This document shows positions 52,760 to 58,390 of a stretch of DNA of 58,390 nt, in pieces; position 1 is the first letter of the stretch; the number at the start of each line of letters is the position of its first letter. The notes under the pieces are model-generated. The model saw only the letters and a list, made by a program, of their open reading frames with translations, did no database searches and had not been told where the DNA came from. This DNA is from a virus (taxonomy: Duplodnaviria > Caudoviricetes), in IMG/VR virus record IMGVR_UViG_3300049259_000203, positions 1 through 58,390 of that record; one strand, given 5' to 3'. The translations under genes were made by a program, and so were the position numbers.

Positions 52760-54652
52760 TCACCCCCCGACGGGTGGCCGGAACTCCGGCGGCGTCGGCT
52801 CCGGGCCGGGCGGCGGCTGCGGACCCGGCGGCACGGGCACCGGCACCGGCTCGGGCTTCGGCGGCTCCGGTATCTCCACGCCGAGACGCTCGGCGGCGAG
52901 CTCCGGGGAGCCGGTGGCGTCGGCGAGCGCGTTCGCGCCGTCGAAGTCCTCCTGCTTGATGCGCTCCCACTCCTCGTCGACGTCGTCGATCGGGATGCCG
53001 AGCTCCATCAGCATCTGCAACGCGGTCAGCGTCGAGATCAGCCCGGCGTCGTGCAGCTCCTTGATCCGCTTGATGCCGGCGTCGACGTCGGTCGGGATGT
53101 ACGCGCCGAACCGCATGTCGGCCGCGAACACCGGCGCCTTCATCGACCCGCCGACGATCGCGAGGCGCTGCACGAACTTGACGAACAGCCGGTACTTCAC
53201 CTTGCGGATCAGCCGGGCGTCGCGCACCATCCCGGCGGTTGGCACGAACCCGAGCTCGAACGCGAACCCGGACGGGACCTCGCTCGGCTTCACCCGCCCG
53301 AGCGCCGAGTCGGAGAGCTGGATGTTCTGCGCCGCCAGGCTCCGCAGCCCGGCGGTGTGCTCGCGCAGCGCGCGGAGCTGGTTCGACGTGTCGAGCGTCT
53401 CCAGGTGCCCGTCCTCGCCGAGGCCCCACACCGCTCCCGGCTCGTTGTCGAGGGGCAGCGGCTCGCCGGTGACCTTGTCGGTCGGCGTCTTCACACCGGA
53501 CAGGCCGATCGGCGGGTTGCCGGCGAGCGCGCTGGACGAGTTGGTGTCGGTGTCGGCGCCGTGCAGGTCGTCGAGGACCTGGAGGATGTCGGCGAGCGAC
53601 GCCTGCCCGAAGTGCTCGCGGCCGGCGGGCGTGTTCGGGACGTGCACCACCGGCAGGAAGTCGATGCCCAGGTCGAAGCGGTCGAGCAGCTCCCCGTCCT
53701 CGTTGTAGCCGAACGTCGCGTCGGATCGGAGCAGGTCGTCGAGGGTGCCGGCGCGGGTCGCGTCGTCCAGGTCCCACGTCGCGTCGGACAGGTAGCACGT
53801 CACCGTCGCCGGGTCTTCGTCGGCGTCCTGGTACGGCAGCCGCCGCTCGATGCGCCCGTCTTCGCGTTCGACGTCGCCCTCGCGCAGCGGCGCCGGGCCG
53901 TGGTCGTCGGGGAAGTCGAACACCCGGCGCGGCCGGTTGTCGGCCTTCGGGTCGATCTCGACGCGGGTCTGCGGGCCGATCGCCGCGAGCTCGTAGGTGA
54001 TGCGCCGCACCCTCGTCGGCTCGCCGTCGACCGCCGGCGCGACCTCCCACGCGAAGTGCACCTTGCGCGGGTACTGCCGCGGGTTGTCCTCCAGCACCGG
54101 GAAGTAGAACCCCGGGTCGTACACGTCGACGCGGACCCGGTTGCTGCCGTTCGACCAGTACAGCAGGTACGCGCCGTCGCCGAGCTCGACGGAGTCGTTC
54201 TCGGCCTCGAACATCGCGAGCTCAAGGTTCTCGTCGTCGGCCCACTCGCGGAGCTCCTCCTGCCGCTCGAACGCGGGCTTGAGCTCGTCGTTGGCGGTCC
54301 GCTCCTCCTCGGTGGCGGTGTCCTTGAGGCGCTGCCGGTACCGGTCGGCGTCGCGGACGACGATCGTCTGGTCGTCGCCGAGGACCATCGCCTTGACGCG
54401 GCGCACGAACAACGCGGCGTCGCCGTACTCGCGGAGCTCCTTCGCGTCGCGGTCGCTGTGGTCGTGCAGCGTGCGCGCGCAGTTCTTCCGGTACGACTTG
54501 AGGACCTCGTACGCCTTGAGCCGCCGCTGGTCCGCCGGCGGCACCCAGCTACGGCCGCGGGTGCCGGCGTCGCCGCGCCCGGCGTCGCCGCCGAGCCGCT
54601 TCGTGAAGTTCAGCGGCGCCCACACGTCCAGGAAGACGTCGAACCAGGCCAC
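52760..54652 (-). CDS. Portal protein
   Basis: 630 aa; LGDGAY..YDPGFYFP..IDFLPVVHVPN..HFG.A.L..PSG; AAGGAG RBS; first gene of the head module. Confidence 0.88.
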   Translation of the reverse strand: MAWFDVFLDVWAPLNFTKRLGGDAGRGDAGTRGRSWVPPADQRRLKAYEVLKSYRKNCARTLHDHSDRDAKELREYGDAALFVRRVKAMVLGDDQTIVVRDADRYRQRLKDTATEEERTANDELKPAFERQEELREWADDENLELAMFEAENDSVELGDGAYLLYWSNGSNRVRVDVYDPGFYFPVLEDNPRQYPRKVHFAWEVAPAVDGEPTRVRRITYELAAIGPQTRVEIDPKADNRPRRVFDFPDDHGPAPLREGDVEREDGRIERRLPYQDADEDPATVTCYLSDATWDLDDATRAGTLDDLLRSDATFGYNEDGELLDRFDLGIDFLPVVHVPNTPAGREHFGQASLADILQVLDDLHGADTDTNSSSALAGNPPIGLSGVKTPTDKVTGEPLPLDNEPGAVWGLGEDGHLETLDTSNQLRALREHTAGLRSLAAQNIQLSDSALGRVKPSEVPSGFAFELGFVPTAGMVRDARLIRKVKYRLFVKFVQRLAIVGGSMKAPVFAADMRFGAYIPTDVDAGIKRIKELHDAGLISTLTALQMLMELGIPIDDVDEEWERIKQEDFDGANALADATGSPELAAERLGVEIPEPPKPEPVPVPVPPGPQPPPGPEPTPPEFRPPVGG

Positions 54653-54816
54653 AGCGGCTCCTTGCCTCGCGATCCTGCGGCGAGCGTAGCCGCGGGGCGG
54701 CGTCGCGCCGTGGAGGCGCTCACGCGGTTGTACGTGCGACCTCGTCGCCGTCTTCTAGGTGCGGCCGCTGCGGCTACCCCTCACCGCCGGCCGGATCGTT
54801 ACCGACCCGTGACACA

Positions 54817-55034
54817 CGAACGCCCCGGATGCGGGATGGTCCAGCGACCACCCGACGCCCGGGACGTCCGGTCCGACCCCGCGTTCGCTAGAGCTACTTC
54901 CGGCGGCACACCAGGTGCGGGGTCGGACTCCGCTACCTCCGCCGGACGGCCTCGGCCATATCCGGTCCTACTGCCGAGATGAGGTTCTAGAGCTCGTCGG
55001 CTTGCGCCATGAGCTCGGTGCCGGCCTCACCTGC
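54817..55034 (-). ncRNA. Candidate structured non-coding RNA
   Basis: Four consecutive stems with G-U pairs and a GCAA tetraloop, downstream of a TACGCT -10 (55040-55045); no credible ORF. Confidence 0.4.
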
Positions 55035-55152
55035 CGCGCAGCGTAGCAGCACGCCCCGGGCAGGGCGAGACCCCCAGGCCGCACGCCCCGGGGGTCTCCA
55101 GTGTGAGCGGGCCCTTGTCCGACTACGCGGCGCGCGGCGGGTCCATCGGAAG

Positions 55153-55371
55153 CTACGTGCCGGCGCCGTCCAGCACCCGGACGTTCTCGGCCTGCGGGCC
55201 CTTCTGGCCCTTCGTGATGTCGAACTCGACGCGCTGGTTCTCCAGCAGCTCCCGGTACCCGCTGCCCTGGATGCCGGAGAAGTGGACGAACACGTCCGCC
55301 CCGCCGCCGTCGACGGAGATGAAGCCGTAGCCCTTCTCCGCGTTGAACCACTTCACGGTGCCCTGCGACAC
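55153..55371 (-). CDS. cspA: Cold-shock domain protein
   Basis: [15 protein letters not shown] (RNP1), DVFVHFS (RNP2), GPQAENV. Confidence 0.95.
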   Translation of the reverse strand: MSQGTVKWFNAEKGYGFISVDGGGADVFVHFSGIQGSGYRELLENQRVEFDITKGQKGPQAENVRVLDGAGT

Positions 55372-55459
55372 GACGCTCTCCCTCGCTCGAACTAGGTCGG
55401 TGCGGGCCCGGGCTACGCCCAGCCAGGTCCGGGCCCGCTCCGCGGCACGCTACCGGTCG

Positions 55460-55690
55460 TCACGCGTCGGGGCCGAGCAGGACACGCCGCAGGGCCTCGT
55501 CGTCGCCGTACGGGCCGAGGAGCGCCTCCAGGTCCGGCGGCAGCGCCGGTCGGGCGCAGCGGTGCACGACCACGCCGAGCGGCCCGACGTCGGAGATCGT
55601 CTGGCACGTCGCGCAGTACGCGCCGGCGCGGCCGCCGTGCCCGAGCAGCGCGCCGCCGAGCGCCCACGCCCGGCGCAGCAGCCCCGTCAC
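55460..55690 (-). CDS. Small hypothetical protein
   Basis: GTGA overlap; CATC..H.C motif. Confidence 0.45.
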   Translation of the reverse strand: MTGLLRRAWALGGALLGHGGRAGAYCATCQTISDVGPLGVVVHRCARPALPPDLEALLGPYGDDEALRRVLLGPDA

Positions 55691-56042
55691 GACTGCCCCA
55701 TCAGCGCGATCGCGAACAGCGGCCACACCGCGAACACCGCGGCGTACAGGCCGACCGTCACACCGTCGCGGTGCGGCTCCGAGAGGTCCCGCTGCACGAA
55801 CCGGTCCACGCGGCGGACGGTGAGACCCCCTGCGACGGCGTACGCCACACCGGCGGGCAGCCGGCCGGTCACGTCCTCGCCTGCGCGATGCCCGTCTTGA
55901 ACGCGTCGGCGAGCTCGTACACCTGCCGGGCGTCGTCGGGCGGGATGACCTCCCCGCAGGACGCGGTACGCAGCGTCCGCTCGATCAGCTCGGCGTCCTC
56001 GACGCTGTCGACGCGCAGCACGACGGCCATGCGCCGATGGTG

Positions 56043-56885
56043 CTACCCGACCGGCTCGCCCTCGGCGCGACACGCCGCGACAGCGCGCGCCAGCTCGGAC
56101 GTCATCGCGCTCGCGCTGGCGTGCAGCCGTTCGAGCTGCACCCGCGCGTGGTGCTCGGCCAGCTCGGAGTCACGGACCCGCTTGATGCGCCCGCACAGCT
56201 CGGCGCGCTTGTCGGGGCTGCCCGTGTACCACGACTCGCCGAGCGCCGTCTTGATCGCCCGCAGCTCGTCGAGCGTCTCCTGGTGATGCCGCCGCTCCAG
56301 CGCGAGCGCCTCGGCGTCGGCTTCCCGCTGTTCGGCCTTCGCCCGGTCGATCGACGCCTCGTGGTCGGTGATCGACGCGCAGCCCGGCAGGTCCGAGCGG
56401 ACGGCCTTCACGCCGGCGGCGCGGAGCATCGACACCAGCACGCTGCGCGACACGGTCTTCCCGATCTCGCCGTGCAGCAGCGGCGCCTCCCGCACCCGCC
56501 GCGAGGTCTTCCCGGTCGCGGAGACCTCGATGTACCCCCACGTCTCCGGGACCTCGTGCACGTCCTTCACGACACCGACCGGGGCGACGAGCGTGAACCG
56601 GTCGACGAGCGACGCGACGTCGTCCATCTTGCGCGGGTCGCGGAGCTCGCGGAGCCAGTCCCGGCGGTCGACCTTGACCTCGAACCCCTCGATCGCCATG
56701 CCGCGGGACTTCCACAGCGACACGACGACGGCGTCTATCGTGCGCGTGGCGTCGAAGCCGGCGGCGTTGCGGACGTGCGTCATGTACGCGTACTCGGCGG
56801 CGCCACCGTTGCCGTCGCTCGTGTACTTGCGCTGGAGCAGGTCGAGGACGTCCTTCTCCGTCAGCTTCGGCGTCGTCGCAGTCAC
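56043..56885 (-). CDS. PD-(D/E)xK nuclease, MmcB-like
   Basis: RTIDAVVVSLW.SRG..IEGFEVKV.R.DW..EL..P.K..VPETWG. Confidence 0.75.
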   Translation of the reverse strand: MTATTPKLTEKDVLDLLQRKYTSDGNGGAAEYAYMTHVRNAAGFDATRTIDAVVVSLWKSRGMAIEGFEVKVDRRDWLRELRDPRKMDDVASLVDRFTLVAPVGVVKDVHEVPETWGYIEVSATGKTSRRVREAPLLHGEIGKTVSRSVLVSMLRAAGVKAVRSDLPGCASITDHEASIDRAKAEQREADAEALALERRHHQETLDELRAIKTALGESWYTGSPDKRAELCGRIKRVRDSELAEHHARVQLERLHASASAMTSELARAVAACRAEGEPVG

Positions 56886-57268
56886 TCCAGGTCCTCTCCC
56901 GGCGCGTGGCACCTGGCCCGGTGCTTCTCGAGCCGTTCGTACGCGCAGTCGGCGGCCGCCTTCGCGTCGTCGATCGCGGTCAGCACCGCAGCCGCGACGA
57001 GCCCTAGCACGCCCGCCGCCTCCGCTGCCCCACCGAGACACCCGGGACACCACACGAGGCCCGCTGGCAGCTCGTACGGCGGCTCGATGACGGTCTTCGC
57101 CCCGTACGCCCCGACCCGGCAGAACGCGTAGCCCTCCTGCCGTTCACCGGGCCGGTACTGCGACCGCGGCCCGAACTCGACCGGGGCGACGATGTGCACC
57201 CGCCTCCGGTGCTGCGTCGCGTACGTGGAGTAGTACACCGCCCAAGGCAGCAGCGGCCGTCTGCCCAT
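56882..57268 (-). CDS. Hypothetical protein
   Basis: MGRRPLL start coupled to the upstream stop; WCPGC motif. Confidence 0.55.
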   Translation of the reverse strand: MGRRPLLPWAVYYSTYATQHRRRVHIVAPVEFGPRSQYRPGERQEGYAFCRVGAYGAKTVIEPPYELPAGLVWCPGCLGGAAEAAGVLGLVAAAVLTAIDDAKAAADCAYERLEKHRARCHAPGEDLE

Positions 57269-57465
57269 CAGGCGCGCCGCCACACGTTCGGCCGTACCTC
57301 GACCAGCAGCCCCTTCCGGTGCAGCGCGTTGATCGCCTGCGTGACGCCACCACGGCCACCGACGGTCGCCTTGATGACCTCGGTGCGCAGCGTCTCCAGG
57401 CCCACGGCCCGCAGGACGGCCTTCTGCGTCGGGCTGATCCCGCTCACCGGAGCGGCCTCGGCCAC
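57268..57465 (-). CDS. Small winged-helix-like protein
   Basis: SPTQKAVL..INALHRKGLL. Confidence 0.5.
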   Translation of the reverse strand: MAEAAPVSGISPTQKAVLRAVGLETLRTEVIKATVGGRGGVTQAINALHRKGLLVEVRPNVWRRA

Positions 57466-58142
57466 GGCTCCAACGCGACGTCGTTACCGAGCCGCGACGG
57501 GTGCCGCGGCGACCCGTCAGCCGCGTAGCCGAGGCACAGCGTCGTCGCCGGCAGCATCGCCCGCACGTCACGGGCCCGCCAGCGCAGCGCCTTGTCGATC
57601 GACCCCCACGCGACGACCGGCGGCGGTCCCCCGTCCAGGGCCTCGCGGAGCGCGGTCGCGATCGCCGCGTCGTTCTCGGGCCCGGTCTTCGTCACCCGGT
57701 CGGTGAGCAGCTCGGACGGCTGCGTCGCACGCCACGCGAACAGGTTCACGACGACGATCCCGCCGGCGCCCTCCCGGTCGGCGAGGTCCATGCACCGTCG
57801 GATCGTCTGGTCGTCGGCCGTCGCGTCCGCCGTCGACGGGTTGAGCATCACGAACACCTGCGCCGGCGCGCTCCCCCACCGCCTCTCGAGCCGGTACCGG
57901 TACAGGCGGTCGTCGGACAGCGTCGCCGTGCACAGCGCGCCGCGTCGCACCTTCCGCCCGCCCGGCAGCACGCGCATCGGTCCGCTCGCGCCGTTGTGCG
58001 TCCAGCCGGCGTACCGGCCGAGTCCGCGCGCGTCGCCGCCGTGGAGGCTCAGGTGCGGGCAGACGCAGGACCGTGACTCGTCGTTGTAGCCGACACCGCA
58101 GCCGGTCCCGTCCGGCAGCCCGTCGGTGCAGGTGCGCAGCAC
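57444..58142 (-). CDS. DUF1643-family protein
   Basis: YRYRLERRW..FVMLNPSTAD..DDQTIRRC..VNLFAWRAT.P..VVAWG..CLG..GSPRHP. Confidence 0.85.
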   Translation of the reverse strand: MLRTCTDGLPDGTGCGVGYNDESRSCVCPHLSLHGGDARGLGRYAGWTHNGASGPMRVLPGGRKVRRGALCTATLSDDRLYRYRLERRWGSAPAQVFVMLNPSTADATADDQTIRRCMDLADREGAGGIVVVNLFAWRATQPSELLTDRVTKTGPENDAAIATALREALDGGPPPVVAWGSIDKALRWRARDVRAMLPATTLCLGYAADGSPRHPSRLGNDVALEPWPRPLR

Positions 58143-58143
58143 G

Positions 58144-58383
58144 TCAGCCCCTCGGCGGCCGGCGCACGGTGCGCTCGGCGACGTACCGCTCGTTGAGCAC
58201 GTCGAACGCACCTGTCAGCAGCGCGTCCCGGCAGGGCTGGCACAGCGCCACCGTGAGCCGCTCGGGGTCCCGCTGCGTACCAACGTCGGGCCCGACGTCG
58301 ACCTTGTCCGCGCCGTACTCCAGGCAGTTCCCGCAGAGGGATGACTGGCTGCCACGGAACAGCACCTTCGACACGTCCACCAC
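58144..58383 (-). CDS. Small Zn-finger protein (spans the contig junction region)
   Basis: CGNC..LCQPC. Confidence 0.55.
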   Translation of the reverse strand: MVDVSKVLFRGSQSSLCGNCLEYGADKVDVGPDVGTQRDPERLTVALCQPCRDALLTGAFDVLNERYVAERTVRRPPRG

Positions 58384-58390
58384 GTCACGG
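58264..58390. repeat. Terminal direct repeat, right copy
   Basis: Identical to positions 1-127. Confidence 0.95.

Noticed and set aside
58264-58390. 127-bp end repeat as a biological terminal repeat or att site
   Set aside because: The length equals a common assembler k-mer and it lies inside coding sequence; it only indicates circularity.
1-58390. CRISPR array, rRNA, IS element, reverse transcriptase/DGR
   Set aside because: No regularly spaced repeats, rRNA-like sequence, transposase or RT motifs were seen; the repeated TGTACA motifs are dispersed promoters.

Overview
A complete, circularly permuted tailed-phage genome of about 58.26 kb. Bases 1-127 are identical to 58264-58390, which is most likely an assembly overlap. 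The sequence is very GC-rich and its proteins resemble those of actinobacterial phages, so the host is probably an actinomycete (inference). All credible genes lie on the minus strand; the long plus-strand ORFs are antisense shadows. Gene order along the minus strand is: portal, scaffold, head decoration, major capsid, connectors, major tail, tail-assembly chaperones with a -1 frameshift, tape measure, minor tail, amidase endolysin, holin. A long early/accessory arm follows, with an Ssd/CpaE-like receiver domain, DUF2958, an HTH, a C5 methyltransferase, a P-loop ATPase, a replication initiator with internal iterons, two ParB-fold proteins, DUF488, a methyltransferase-GNAT fusion, a J-domain protein, ASCH, a LAGLIDADG nuclease, DUF5131, Dam and a UvrD helicase. 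Then come terminase small and large subunits and about 5.6 kb of small genes leading back to the portal. No integrase, ParA or DNA polymerase was recognised. The most notable feature is a non-canonical tRNA-Gly-like element (23752-23822) in the same apparent operon as the amino-methyltransferase-like/GNAT-like fusion, suggesting a self-supplied, aminoacyl-tRNA-dependent DNA hypermodification system. Also notable are a host-type chromosomal parS site beside terS, a phage copy of the Ssd/TadZ receiver domain, a repeated promoter-operator module, and a candidate structured ncRNA before the portal gene. All family assignments come from motif recognition by eye; no searches were run.
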